64,000 nt of DNA, from assembly GCA_023205875.1 (NCBI GenBank), contig CP060762.1:310001-374000 (forward strand). Reading direction: 5' to 3'. Shown piece after piece: positions 21,615 through 32,111 of the stretch. The stretch is from Chloropicon primus. Its lineage: Eukaryota. A program made the position numbers and the translations under genes. The notes under the pieces are model-generated. The model was not told where the DNA came from. It ran no database searches and worked only from the letters and a program-made list of their open reading frames with translations. Within the stretch, counting starts at the first letter, position 1. Each line of letters starts with the position of its first letter.

Positions 21615-23291
21615 TTAGTTCACCTTTTTGATCTTCTCGCCCACCGCCTTCATGCTGGAGGACGCCTTGTACGAGCTCACGTAGCTCGAGCTTCCTTTCT
21701 GTTCGCTGCTGGGGGAGGACGACGCCGAGGAGCTTGCGCGGTCTCGCCGGTCTTGCTTCTGTTTTCGGAGATCGAGCAATTTTTTCCACCGATGAAAAGC
21801 GCTGGCAACCACTTTTGCAGAAGTCAGCCTGACCTTGGCCCGAGTCGCTTTGGTTTGGAACACGTGAAGTTTCCAGCTGTTGAAGATCCTCCGAAGCGCC
21901 TTGGACTGCAGCCTGTACACCATGTCCAGAAGCGAGTCGTGGAGATCATTCTTGTCGTTTGTGTGTATCGCTCCCCTTCCCAATTGTTCTTTGCTCTCCC
22001 ACCACAGCCAGCCCTTGTACAGGAGGCTTCCGTAAGAATTCTGCCTCACGCAAGCCCTGCTGCTGCGATCCCTTGCGCCCCCTTCCCCGCCCTTCTTCTC
22101 TCGCATGCACTGGGAGCAGAGCCTCCTCCCTCTGAGGCTCGTGCAGGCCCGGCAAATGGTAGGAGCGGACTTCTTGTCACTCTTGCTCACTTCCCTGGCT
22201 AGGGCGCGGTTGAGAGCCATGTGCAGGCCCTTGAGCGCCCTCGGTGATATCCGATACTTTGCTAAAACTTTGGCCGAGTGCTCCATCGACAGTTTCCCCT
22301 TTGTTTTCGTGCTGTCCTCCAACAGCTCCAGCACGGCGCTGATGTCCTCCGGCCTCTTTGAGTGGCTCTCGGCGAATTTGCCTTTGAACGCCGGGTCGCT
22401 CAAGTAATCCGAGCTCTCCACGCTCTCCGGAGATCGAAGCCGAATCATTTCTCTCACGAGGACGTCCCACGATTCCCACCTGCTCCGGTCGTGGCACGCC
22501 GCGAAATCGAGATTTTCCCTCAGCATCTCGCTCCTCTCCTCCCTCATGTTCTCGTACCAGTGAATCTCCGATTGGTGGTGGCTGATCTCTACCGTGGAGT
22601 CCACCAGGGCGTTCACGACCCTCCTCGCCTTTATGATCGAAAGGCGCTTCACGGACACCATGCACTCGTCCAGGATGAAGTTCACCATGGCGTTGGCGCA
22701 CATCTCCCCTTGCACCTTGGGCAGCTGGTCCACGTAGTAACCGACCCCAAACTTCCCGTTGCCGTACACGTAACCCTCCTTGGGGCCTTCAAACGTTTTC
22801 GCACCAATGAACGGCTTCTTCGGGGCCGCCCTGGCCGGAGCGGCTTCGAACGCCCTGCTGTGGCTCGGAAGCTGGAAGAACGGCTGGTAGCGCGCCTCCT
22901 CCCCCCCGGCGAAGGCGTTCTCCTTCTCTGCAACGACGAGGCCCGACTCCGCGCTCTTCACCACCCTCTCGCTCTGGTGCCTCGTCGGCCTCTTCCTGTG
23001 ACCACCTCCCGCCCTTCCCCTTCGAGACCCTGCCACCTCCGCCGTCGCCCTCGCGCTTCCACCTCGGTCCCTCCCCAGCCCCTCCCCCTCCTCCTCCACC
23101 CTCTCAGGAAGGCTCACCGGCCTCCCACCATTCGCCTCCTCGCTCGGTGGGTTCACTCTCCTCGGCCTTCCGCCCTTTGTCCTCACCACTCGACTGATGG
23201 GCACAGACAGACTCTGCATGGGCTCCTTCACATTGTTTAGGTTCGTCAAGGGAAGCTGCCTCGAACGAAACAAAGGCCTCTTCTTCCCCAT
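21615..23291 (-). CDS. Hypothetical multidomain protein (FxGxxxGYV..G..GxGYY motif, CxxC-CxxC, Sfi1-like F-x2-W-K repeats)
   Basis: Long ORF with GC3 bias; motifs read from translation. Confidence 0.6.
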   Translation of the reverse strand: MGKKRPLFRSRQLPLTNLNNVKEPMQSLSVPISRVVRTKGGRPRRVNPPSEEANGGRPVSLPERVEEEGEGLGRDRGGSARATAEVAGSRRGRAGGGHRKRPTRHQSERVVKSAESGLVVAEKENAFAGGEEARYQPFFQLPSHSRAFEAAPARAAPKKPFIGAKTFEGPKEGYVYGNGKFGVGYYVDQLPKVQGEMCANAMVNFILDECMVSVKRLSIIKARRVVNALVDSTVEISHHQSEIHWYENMREERSEMLRENLDFAACHDRSRWESWDVLVREMIRLRSPESVESSDYLSDPAFKGKFAESHSKRPEDISAVLELLEDSTKTKGKLSMEHSAKVLAKYRISPRALKGLHMALNRALAREVSKSDKKSAPTICRACTSLRGRRLCSQCMREKKGGEGGARDRSSRACVRQNSYGSLLYKGWLWWESKEQLGRGAIHTNDKNDLHDSLLDMVYRLQSKALRRIFNSWKLHVFQTKATRAKVRLTSAKVVASAFHRWKKLLDLRKQKQDRRDRASSSASSSPSSEQKGSSSYVSSYKASSSMKAVGEKIKKVN

Positions 23292-23857
23292 GACCTCCCG
23301 CTGCTTCAACACAATGACAACCTCCTCGACTACCTCAACCCCTCCACAGGTGCTCCCTCTCTCCCTCTGCCCTCCATGCTCCAGCCTCTGTCACCTCGCA
23401 CGTCTCGCTCGCAGAACCTTCTTCGTCCACTCACGTCCTCAATGCTTCACCAAATGCCGCGAGTAAGCTATCGTTGGAAAGATCTTCTCAAGCGCTTTCG
23501 CGTGGTACCAATCTTGCTCACTCCTTCGGGCCCTACCGCCCACTACCTTCTCGTCAACGTCAGCGACTCGTCACCTTCTGTCGCTCAGGCCAAAGGTTCA
23601 CTTTCAAAGAGGACAGAGGAAGAGGAGCGAACCGAGGCGAGTGGAGGGAGCGCTCGCTTTTCGAGCGCGAGGTACGAAGCGCGACGAGAGAGAGAAGGTA
23701 AGGAGGGTGGATAGGGATAGGATGAACCGCTTCGTTGTGATCTTTCCGTCGATGTTTTCCTCGAACCGAGCGGCGCGAGGATGAGGATGTTGCTCGGCTA
23801 ATACTCGGATCGATCTGCTTTGTCTCATCACGTTTGCTCGGCATCAAGGGAGGAGGG

Positions 23858-25351
23858 ATGGACCTTCCGGTGGACTCGTGGAGGTTGGTGGGGTCTTACT
23901 TGGACGATAACGCGAAGTCCTGCGCGGCGTTGGCTTGCGTCAACCGTTCGTCGCGTTACGGTTGCCATGACGAAGGAACGTGGAGGAAGTTGTTTGGAAG
24001 GGATTACTTGCCACAGGATTGTTTTCCGGAGGTTTTGAGGAGGGAGGAGCTCGAGGAGTTCGTGGGGAGGTTCGATGAGAGGAGGATCGAGAGGACGCCG
24101 TCCTCTCTGTCGCTGGACAAGATGGGGGAGCAAGATGCGGTGGAGGATCTCGGCCACGAGGGGAGGAGCTGGAGGGCCCGTTACTTCAGTTACGCCAGGG
24201 GGAAGCCCGTCGAGGAGTCCGTGGTGCGGCACGCCCACTGCCTTCGAAACAGCAAGGACGTCGTCCTGTACGGCTCGCGAGTCAATGCGTTGGTGTTGGA
24301 TCCGAGCTCCGTTCCAACGGCGAATCCCGGCCGGTCCACGACGTCGTGCTGGTCTTGCGGGGGCGACGGAGTCATCCACAAGTGGGACTTTGCCCGCGGG
24401 AAGAGGGTCCTGTCGATCCGGGGGGCGCACCAGCTGGATTCGTCCAACTTCAAGCAGGTGAACAACATGGGGGTGGAGTGCGCGGACTCTTGCGGCCCTC
24501 AGACACTGATCACCGGTGGCTGCGACAAGGGGATCTCGCTTTGGGACGGCCGCAAAGGTGGGGAGGTGTGGCACAAGGGCTGTGCTCACTACGACGAGGT
24601 CCTGTCCATCAAGTCCTCCAGGAGCTTGCCTGTCATCGTCTCGGGCGGCGCCGATGACTGCGTCAGGGTGTGGGACTTGAGGTCTTACGAGCAGCCTCTT
24701 TTGGAGCTGGACACGCTCCACGGCGGCAGCGTGTTTTGCATCTCCATCGACGAGGAGAGGAAGACGGTCCTGACGGGCTCGGGGGACAAGACCATCTCGA
24801 TGTGGGGCTTGGAGACGGGGCATTGGTACGCTCAGGCGCACGGCCACACCGGGGATGTTTACGACATCAAGCAAGGGAAGCAAGGGAGGATCCTGTCTGC
24901 GAGTGACGACGGGACGGTCAGGGAATGGAGCCTCGAGGGAAAACAGGAGTGGTTCCAAGAGCTTTATTGCGTCTCCACCCTGGGGATAACGGCGGACATG
25001 AACCAAGACAAATGCGAGCTTGACGCTTGTAACCTCGATGACGGGGCATCAAGAAAGAGTTTCAGGAGCGTGACGCACATGACTTGCTTGGAGCTCCTGG
25101 GCGAGGAAGAGATGAGCTTTTTGGGCGGCTGTTGGAGCGGCGACATCGTGTTGGGAAAGATGCACGGGGGAATCAAGCCGTTCTCTCAGCCGATCACAAA
25201 GCACGCCGAGTCCGAGGAGCACAAGGGGGAGTTCGACGCGTACCTCATCCCAGACGTCTCCCACTCGCCCGTGACCGCAATCACGGCAGAAAGCGACTGC
25301 GTGATCACAGGATTCAACAACGGGGCTGTCCGATTCTCAAGAATGGCTTGA
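23858..25351 (+). CDS. F-box/WD40-repeat protein
   Basis: MDLPVDSWRLVGSYLD..AALACVNR F-box; WD repeats SGGADDCVRVWDL, TGSGDKTISMW, GHTGDV. Confidence 0.85.
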   Translation: MDLPVDSWRLVGSYLDDNAKSCAALACVNRSSRYGCHDEGTWRKLFGRDYLPQDCFPEVLRREELEEFVGRFDERRIERTPSSLSLDKMGEQDAVEDLGHEGRSWRARYFSYARGKPVEESVVRHAHCLRNSKDVVLYGSRVNALVLDPSSVPTANPGRSTTSCWSCGGDGVIHKWDFARGKRVLSIRGAHQLDSSNFKQVNNMGVECADSCGPQTLITGGCDKGISLWDGRKGGEVWHKGCAHYDEVLSIKSSRSLPVIVSGGADDCVRVWDLRSYEQPLLELDTLHGGSVFCISIDEERKTVLTGSGDKTISMWGLETGHWYAQAHGHTGDVYDIKQGKQGRILSASDDGTVREWSLEGKQEWFQELYCVSTLGITADMNQDKCELDACNLDDGASRKSFRSVTHMTCLELLGEEEMSFLGGCWSGDIVLGKMHGGIKPFSQPITKHAESEEHKGEFDAYLIPDVSHSPVTAITAESDCVITGFNNGAVRFSRMA

Positions 25352-25773
25352 GGGGATTCACCGCGCACAAGAACAAGCACACACGCACGCACACGCACAC
25401 TTTGTTAAGCATACAACAGCAATAATCCATCATGCATCGATCCACATCAATACACAAAAGTCCTCTCTGCCGCTCCATTTTTCCAAGTGATGGCTCTTTG
25501 GAAAGAGCAAGAGACCGTGGTCCCCGCCAATCCCCAGCATCTCCGCCCCTTGGCCCTCCTCCCCCCCACCATCACCACCAACCTAATGCCCAAGGCCACC
25601 ATCCTCCTGCCCTCCTGGTCCTCCAGTTTGGCGCTGGATTTTTTGAAAGCGAAAGAGAGAGAGAGCGAGAAAGGGCGGGAGAGCGAGGAGAGCAGGGACG
25701 AGGGGCATCTCTTCGTGCGCGAGGGACAGACGCCGAGGGACACTGCATCGCACCCTTCGTCGTCATTACCACC

Positions 25774-28700
25774 ATGGCTCGTACAGTAAAAGTTTTGAAG
25801 CGCGAGGAGATCATGTCTGTGAAGAGTCCCAAGGACTTGAAGAAGATGGCAAAAAAACACAAACTCAAGAACATCGCAGGGACAGTATCTGTCCTCCAGA
25901 GGAAGCTATGCGAGCACTTTGGTTACGAAGCGGCGGAGGCAGCGGCAGCGGAAGCTCCGTCTGGTGCAGAGGTCTCTCCCGCGAGGATGGAAGCCAGCGG
26001 TGAGGAGAATGCGGTGACCCAACAAGCGTCTCTGGATGTTTTGGATGGTGAAGGTAATGCAGGGCTGGGAGGAGAGGAGGGAGCGGAGATGGGCCAAGGG
26101 CCAAGCGGTGGTGGGGACGGCGCCTCCGGGGAGGGGGAGGGGAATACTGCGACGACCCCGAAGTCCCAAAAGAAAGAGAAGAAGGAGAAGAAGAAGAAGA
26201 AGGACAAGAAGGAGAAGGAGGAGAAGAAGCGAAAGGAGAGGGAGGCCAAGAGTGGGACAGAGGGCAAGCCCAAGAGCAAGAAGATGAAAGAGTCAGGGGA
26301 GGCGGAGAGGTCGGTCAAGGCATCCGCAAAGGAGAAACCAAAGCGGCCGGCATCTGTCTACATTCTCTTCCGTGCAGAGGAAAGGCCTGTCATAATGAAG
26401 GACAACCCAGCACTCGGCCACTCAGAAGTGGATCAAGAACTGAGCAAGCGCTGGAAGGAGATCTCGCCGACGAGGAAGGAGGCTCTGGAGTCCAAGTATT
26501 CAGAGGCCAAAGAAGAGTACAGCAAGGAACTCGCCAAGTGGACAAAGTGGAAAGAGGAAAATGAGCCGGATAAGCCAAAGCCGAAGAGTAGCGACAAGCC
26601 CTCCAAAAGCGGGAAGCCAAAACGAGCGGCATCTGCTTACCTTCTCTTTATTGGAGAAGAGAAGCCTGCGATTCTGAAGGAGAATCCGTCGCTTACTTTT
26701 GGCGAATTGAGCAAAGAGGCAGGCAAGCGCTGGAAGGAGATCTCTCCGGATCGCAAGAAGGTGTTTGAGTCCAAGGCTGCAGAGGCCAAGGAGCAGTACG
26801 ACAAGGACCTCGCCAAGTGGAAACAGGAACACGAGCCTGAGAAACCAGCTGAAGAGGATGAGCCAGTTGGGGATGGCAAGGGGTCCGAGGGGGATAATCC
26901 ATCGACGAGTGGCAATGCCTCGAAGAGTAGCGACAAGCCCTCCAAAAGCGGGAAGCCAAAGCGAGCGGCATCTGCTTACCTTCTGTTTATTGGAGAAGAG
27001 AAGCCTGCGATTCTGAAGGAGAATCCGTCGCTTACTTTTGGCGAATTGAGCAAAGAGGCAGGCAAGCGCTGGAAGGAGATCTCTCCGGATCGCAAGAAGG
27101 TGTTTGAGTCCAAGGCTGCAGAGGCCAAGGAGCAGTACGACAAGGACCTCGCCAAGTGGAAACAGGAACACGAGCCTGAGAAACCAGCTGAAGAGGATGA
27201 GCCAGTTGGGGATGGCAAGGGGTCCGAGGGGGATGATCCATCGACGAGTGGCAATGCCTCGAAGAGTAGCGACAAGCCCTCCAAAAGCGGGAAGCCAAAG
27301 CGAGCGGCATCTGCTTACCTTCTGTTTATTGGAGAAGAGAAGCCTGCGATTCTGAAGGAGAATCCGTCGCTTACTTTTGGCGAATTGAGCAAAGAGGCAG
27401 GCAAGCGCTGGAAGGAGATCTCTCCGGATCGCAAGAAGGTGTTTGAGTCCAAGGCTGCAGAGGCCAAGGAGCAGTACGACAAGGACCTCGCCAAGTGGAA
27501 ACAGGAACACGAGCCTGAGGCGAAGCCAGGGAGCATTGCGAGTACCGTGCATACAGATACAATCAAAAACATGTCTTCAAGGGAGGTGAGCAAGGCTTTG
27601 AAGGACCAGAAGCTGTCCAAAGAGGGCACATTAGACGACAGGAGGCAGCGCCTGCTTGAGCATCATGGATTTGGAAAGGAAACCGCCGGATCGGGCGAGG
27701 ATTCAAAAGCATCAAAGGGCAAAACCGATGGCGGAAGCCAGGAGAAGAAGGAGAAGAAGGAGAAGAAGGAGAAGAAGGAGAAGAAGGAGACGAAGGAGAA
27801 GAAGGAGACGAAGCAGAAGAAACCTAAGAAACCTGAGAAGGTCCAGGGGGTTGAGGAAGCTTTGCAAGCAAAAGATGCGAAGGCGACCGAAAGCGGAAAG
27901 AGGGGATCTGGCAAGAGGAAAAGGGCTGCGGATGCAAATGCAAATGATGGGTACCAGTGCACTCACACCTCAGTGAGGGACACTTACTTCAAAGGCTGCG
28001 CGTGGTCCCCTTGCGGAACTAGCCTCCTGGCTGCCAGCAACGACAACTGCGTGAGAGCATACAACACGCCCAGGCAGACCGAAGATTCCAATGACGTGCT
28101 GGGAGAATCAATGACCTTCGCTGTCGGAGGCCTGATTTACGACTATGCTTGGTACCCGAAAATGAATGCGGACAATCCGTCAACTTGCTGTTTCGCTGTG
28201 ACTTCCAAGGACAAGCCTATCCAGTTGGTGAATGTGGCAACAGGGGTGGTGAATTGCGTGTACAAAGTCCACGATTCGAAGGACGAGCTCGTTTCCGCGA
28301 ACAGCGTGGCTTTCCACCCCAACGGCGCCATTGTCGTTGGGGGTTTCAAGTCTTCAATCACTATTTGGAATGTTGACAGGCCAGGGAAAGACTGCCACGG
28401 CACGTACACGACTGCGAATCACGGCCAGAATGAGATCATCTCGACCATGGACTTTAGCAGGCTGTGCCCGAACGTCTTGGCTTGTGGGTGCTACGACGGC
28501 ACCGTGGGACTTTATGACATGAACTCTTGGGCAAAGCTTGACGTGGTCTGTGGTCACAAGGGGGGCGTCACCCAAGTTCAGATTTCCAAGGACGGTCAAT
28601 TCTTGTACACTGGGGCTCGGAAAGACCCTGTCATCCACTGCTGGGACATAAGGATGCTAGAAAGCCCCGTGTACAGCCTTTCGAGGCCAGGGGTGGAGAA

Positions 28701-29049
28701 GACGAACCAAACGATCGGGTTTGACATCATGCCCATGAATTCTCATCTCGCGAGCGGGAGCGCGGATGGCAGCGTCCTTCTGTACGATCTGACCAAGGGC
28801 GAGCAGGTCGCAACCTTCGAGGCATCCTCCGATGCAGTCAATGGCGTCAGCATTCATCCTTACACCCCCTTGCTGGCAACAGCTTCTGGGGCGAGAGAGT
28901 TCGACATCCCTTTCGACTCCTCGGACGAGGACGTTCCCGCGACTTCGAACAGCAAGGGCGACAGCAACTGCCTGAAAATTTGGAAACCCGCCGTGCCCTA
29001 CGAGACCGAGAACTGGTACGAGGGAATCAAGAAAAGGGTCGAATTCTAA
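25774..29049 (+). CDS. SAP-like + 4 HMG-box + TCAB1/WRAP53 (WDR79)-type WD40 fusion protein
   Basis: PKRPASVY / PKRAASAYLLF..WKEIS HMG boxes; KGCAWSPCG, IYDYAWYP, GHKGGVTQ, LYTGARKD, TNQTIGFD as in TCAB1; one continuous ORF. Confidence 0.85.
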   Translation: MARTVKVLKREEIMSVKSPKDLKKMAKKHKLKNIAGTVSVLQRKLCEHFGYEAAEAAAAEAPSGAEVSPARMEASGEENAVTQQASLDVLDGEGNAGLGGEEGAEMGQGPSGGGDGASGEGEGNTATTPKSQKKEKKEKKKKKDKKEKEEKKRKEREAKSGTEGKPKSKKMKESGEAERSVKASAKEKPKRPASVYILFRAEERPVIMKDNPALGHSEVDQELSKRWKEISPTRKEALESKYSEAKEEYSKELAKWTKWKEENEPDKPKPKSSDKPSKSGKPKRAASAYLLFIGEEKPAILKENPSLTFGELSKEAGKRWKEISPDRKKVFESKAAEAKEQYDKDLAKWKQEHEPEKPAEEDEPVGDGKGSEGDNPSTSGNASKSSDKPSKSGKPKRAASAYLLFIGEEKPAILKENPSLTFGELSKEAGKRWKEISPDRKKVFESKAAEAKEQYDKDLAKWKQEHEPEKPAEEDEPVGDGKGSEGDDPSTSGNASKSSDKPSKSGKPKRAASAYLLFIGEEKPAILKENPSLTFGELSKEAGKRWKEISPDRKKVFESKAAEAKEQYDKDLAKWKQEHEPEAKPGSIASTVHTDTIKNMSSREVSKALKDQKLSKEGTLDDRRQRLLEHHGFGKETAGSGEDSKASKGKTDGGSQEKKEKKEKKEKKEKKETKEKKETKQKKPKKPEKVQGVEEALQAKDAKATESGKRGSGKRKRAADANANDGYQCTHTSVRDTYFKGCAWSPCGTSLLAASNDNCVRAYNTPRQTEDSNDVLGESMTFAVGGLIYDYAWYPKMNADNPSTCCFAVTSKDKPIQLVNVATGVVNCVYKVHDSKDELVSANSVAFHPNGAIVVGGFKSSITIWNVDRPGKDCHGTYTTANHGQNEIISTMDFSRLCPNVLACGCYDGTVGLYDMNSWAKLDVVCGHKGGVTQVQISKDGQFLYTGARKDPVIHCWDIRMLESPVYSLSRPGVEKTNQTIGFDIMPMNSHLASGSADGSVLLYDLTKGEQVATFEASSDAVNGVSIHPYTPLLATASGAREFDIPFDSSDEDVPATSNSKGDSNCLKIWKPAVPYETENWYEGIKKRVEF
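26582..27519 (+). repeat. 339-bp coding tandem repeat, ~2.8 copies, each encoding an HMG box plus linker
   Basis: Units start at 26582, 26921 and 27260; only about three substitutions seen by eye. Confidence 0.95.
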
Positions 29050-29162
29050 ACCGTAATCCTAATCCTAATCCTAATCCACTTGAAAACCACCCAAACGTTC
29101 TCTCATTCTCTCCATCGATGTCTGTCCTCCCTCATCTGTCACCTGGAGGACTTGGATCAAAA

Positions 29163-30020
29163 ATGATGGAAGCTCCCGCCAGGCGCAGGGCCTGCCGAGG
29201 GCACAGCGCGCTGCTCAGTGGCGGGCTTCCTGGACGGGGGAAGGCCAGGACCCAAGGGAGGGAGGTCCTGCATCGCGGCCGTTCGAAGCCTGCTCCGTCA
29301 AGCCCTCAAGGGAAGCGGACGAGGTTCTGCATTCGTTCGACGAACTCTGGCTTCAACCCTGCAAACTATGGGATCAACTACGCGATCAACAAGGCCGCGG
29401 AGGTCGTGGACGGCGCCTTGAAGAGCAAAAAGCGCACGAGCTACAACGGGACCTTCGCTCTGGTCCTCGCCAACCTCGTTGTCTTCGCGGCAGGCCAGTT
29501 GAAGTTCAACATCCAGCCTCTGATGCTTTACCACATGAAGCCTCAGTGGTACCAGTTCCTGACCAGCATCTTCTGCCATGCCACTTGGCAGCACCTTTCC
29601 TCGAACTTGTTTTTCCTTTACATCTTCGGGAAGCTCGTGGAGGAGGAGGAGGGCGTGGTTGGGGTGGTGACAACGTACCTGGTGTGTGGCATAGGCGGAG
29701 CGATAGCCTCTTTGCTTCTCAGCAGCAAGCACGCTATCTCCCTGGGGGCTTCGGGGGCCGTGTTCGGTCTGTTCGCTGTCAGCGTCCTTGTCAAGCTCTC
29801 TTTCAACCCCAAGAAGCTCATAGAGTCCGCAATCCTCGGCCAGTTTGTGTACCAGCAGGTAGCGAACGAGGTGAAGATGCAGGCGGGAAGGTTCGGGACG
29901 AAGCAGGTCATGGCCGGTGGTTCCCAAGTCAGCCACGTGGCTCACCTTGCTGGCGCGCTTGCTGGTGTGATCTTGATCCTCTTGATATCAAGGCTTCCAG
30001 CTGCCCCAAGCAGGAGCTAG
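29163..30020 (+). CDS. Rhomboid-family intramembrane serine protease, probably organellar
   Basis: WYQFLTSIFCH..HLSSN, catalytic GASG, SHVAHLAG; Arg-rich N-terminal extension; start uncertain (29118 also possible). Confidence 0.88.
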   Translation: MMEAPARRRACRGHSALLSGGLPGRGKARTQGREVLHRGRSKPAPSSPQGKRTRFCIRSTNSGFNPANYGINYAINKAAEVVDGALKSKKRTSYNGTFALVLANLVVFAAGQLKFNIQPLMLYHMKPQWYQFLTSIFCHATWQHLSSNLFFLYIFGKLVEEEEGVVGVVTTYLVCGIGGAIASLLLSSKHAISLGASGAVFGLFAVSVLVKLSFNPKKLIESAILGQFVYQQVANEVKMQAGRFGTKQVMAGGSQVSHVAHLAGALAGVILILLISRLPAAPSRS

Positions 30021-30093
30021 AGAACGCAGATTTTGTATTATACTGATAAACACAAGAATTACTTTTGCCCCGCTTTTCTTCTCACTCTGCTTC

Positions 30094-31287
30094 TCACAGT
30101 TCCTCGGGAAGTCCGAACCCTCGCCCCTTCTTTCTCTCTTCGATGTTCCACGCCACTTTCTTTATCATGGTATGGGCAGCAAGCATAATGCTCTGCTCCT
30201 CATTGGTCAAGCTCGGGAAGGCTTCCTGGATTGTGTCGACCAGTCCCTTTGTTTCGCCCAAGGCCTCGCCCACCTTGATCAGAGTAGGAGAAAGGCCCGC
30301 TCTTGCCGGTTGTGTCGCCGCGGGTGCTGGCTGCTTTGGGAGAGGTTTCTCCACCTTCGGCACGGCGGCGGTGTGATGATTCGACTTCGCGCTCTGAGTC
30401 AGGGAATGAAAAGTCAGCAAATGGTGTCGGCAAGCTTTCAGTACAACAGGCTACCACTCACCTTCGCTGGTTCGGGCTCGGCGTCTTCCGATTCTGATTC
30501 AGAGTAAGAGTAAGACTCGCTATCGCTGTTCTCGACTTTGACGCTGTACAGAGAAGTGAACGGAAGAATCGGCGGAGGCTCTTGGAGCACCACTGAGGCA
30601 GGATCAGGCTCGGGAATCTGCTGCGGCGTTGGCCTGTGCTGCTGGGCGACGGAACTTCCTGAGATGGTCGAGGAAGGAAAGAGGCAAACGCACGCGTGTC
30701 AGAAAAAAGTCGCTGGCCACGCCACACCAGTGCCAAGTCACCTTAACGCACCATTCATCGAAACAAAAGCGTCCTGCTCTCTCATCGCATGCGCTGGCAT
30801 GGCAGGCATAGCAGGCATAGGAGGCATCCCCCCCGCCGAGTTTCCTAGCGCTGACATAAGGTTGCTAAACACGTTGTTTCCTGGATCGGGAAGAAGACCA
30901 AGAAGAAGCAGGGGGAACTCGTCAGTCCAAGAGGCTCAAGCACACTCATCGACACCGTCCTCACTCACCGTTCCCTGCCATGCTCGAAGAGGGCGTATTG
31001 TCTTCCGGTACTTGGCCCGTGGAGTTGGACTGCACGGCAGCCGCGAAAGCATTGAAGTTGAACCCACCCCCACCCCCTCCCAGGGCGCTGCCCACCCCCA
31101 AATCATGTGCAGGGGCAAGGGCAGAGGCATGCGGGGCATCATCCGCCAAAAGCTTGCTCTTGATCTTGTTGTTGTTATGCTTCCGTGGATCTGATCCTAT
31201 GCTCTTGATCTTCATTCTCTGGATGCCGAGCTTCACAGCGCGTCCAACCTCCGACTCCACGAACCACTTCCCACGCCCTCTCGACAT
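30094..31287 (-). CDS. Four-exon hypothetical protein; exons 31287-30969, 30880-30752, 30658-30462, 30393-30094
   Basis: Three GT-AG introns (GTGAGT, GTGCGT, GTGAGT donors, CTGAC branch points) give one open frame; no recognisable domain. Confidence 0.62.
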
Positions 31288-31556
31288 GGCGTTCCGCTGG
31301 AACCCACGAGAGCCATCCTTCGATGGCAGCCTCGGTACGTGCTTGTTCTCCTGCTCGAGGATTCGAAAAGAATAAGAAAAGCAAAACAACAACAACAAAA
31401 CAACGAGCAGAGCGTCAGCAAACTCGAGCCGGCGCATCAACGACACGACGACGACGACAAGCCGACGCACCAATGACGCGACGGCAACAACGACGGCGAC
31501 GACGACGACGACGACGGAGGACCTTCGAATGAGGGAGAGAAGGTCTCTGTCTGCCT

Positions 31557-31599
<43 letters not shown>

Positions 31600-31632
31600 T
31601 AGGAAATGAAACGTACAACTTCTCTGACGGTC

Positions 31633-31694
31633 GAGGCGGATCGCTCCCGATGGGTTGAGGCGGATCGCTCCCGATGGGTTGAGGCGGATCGCTC
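31633..31694. repeat. 24-bp tandem repeat GAGGCGGATCGCTCCCGATGGGTT, ~2.6 copies
   Basis: Units at 31633, 31657, 31681. Confidence 0.9.
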
Positions 31695-32111
31695 ACGCTG
31701 CGTCGATGACGACGTTCCCGAAGTGACCTGGTCCTCCATCCCTCTCTCTCTCTCTCTCGTCCGATTTTTCATCGGCCGCTTTTTGCGGATCAGGAGCGGG
31801 ATCAAGGAGATCAGGAGGAGGAATTTGGAGGGCTTCATGGGTTGATTGGTCGAATCCAAGAGGAAAGAGTGCGGATCCACAGTGATCTCCTCCACCCTTG
31901 TCCAGCGCTTCCTCCCTCCCTCTCTCTCTCTCCCTCCCTCTCTCTCTCCCTTCTCTGTTCGATGGCTTGAGCAAGGAAAAGTTTTGTGGACTGAGAACGA
32001 GTGCTGCTGCTGCTGATGCTGGTGGTCCTGTGGACGTTTGAGAAGGCCGATGGTACAAAGTGTTCTTTGGATTTACACAGGAGAGGATTTCGGGTCCAGA
32101 GCGGATCCCCG

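Noticed and set aside
23858..25351. WD40 protein as the G-beta partner of the G-alpha-like ORFs
   Set aside because: Has an N-terminal F-box and lacks the G-beta coiled coil and signature repeats
26582..27519. Long direct repeats as CRISPR array or LTRs
   Set aside because: Contiguous in-frame coding units without spacers; eukaryotic context
29050..29078. (AATCCT)n as interstitial telomere next to the TCAB1-like gene
   Set aside because: Only 3-4 units and not TTTAGGG/TTAGGG; ordinary microsatellite
31633..31694. 24-bp repeats as mini-CRISPR
   Set aside because: No spacers, under three copies, no cas genes
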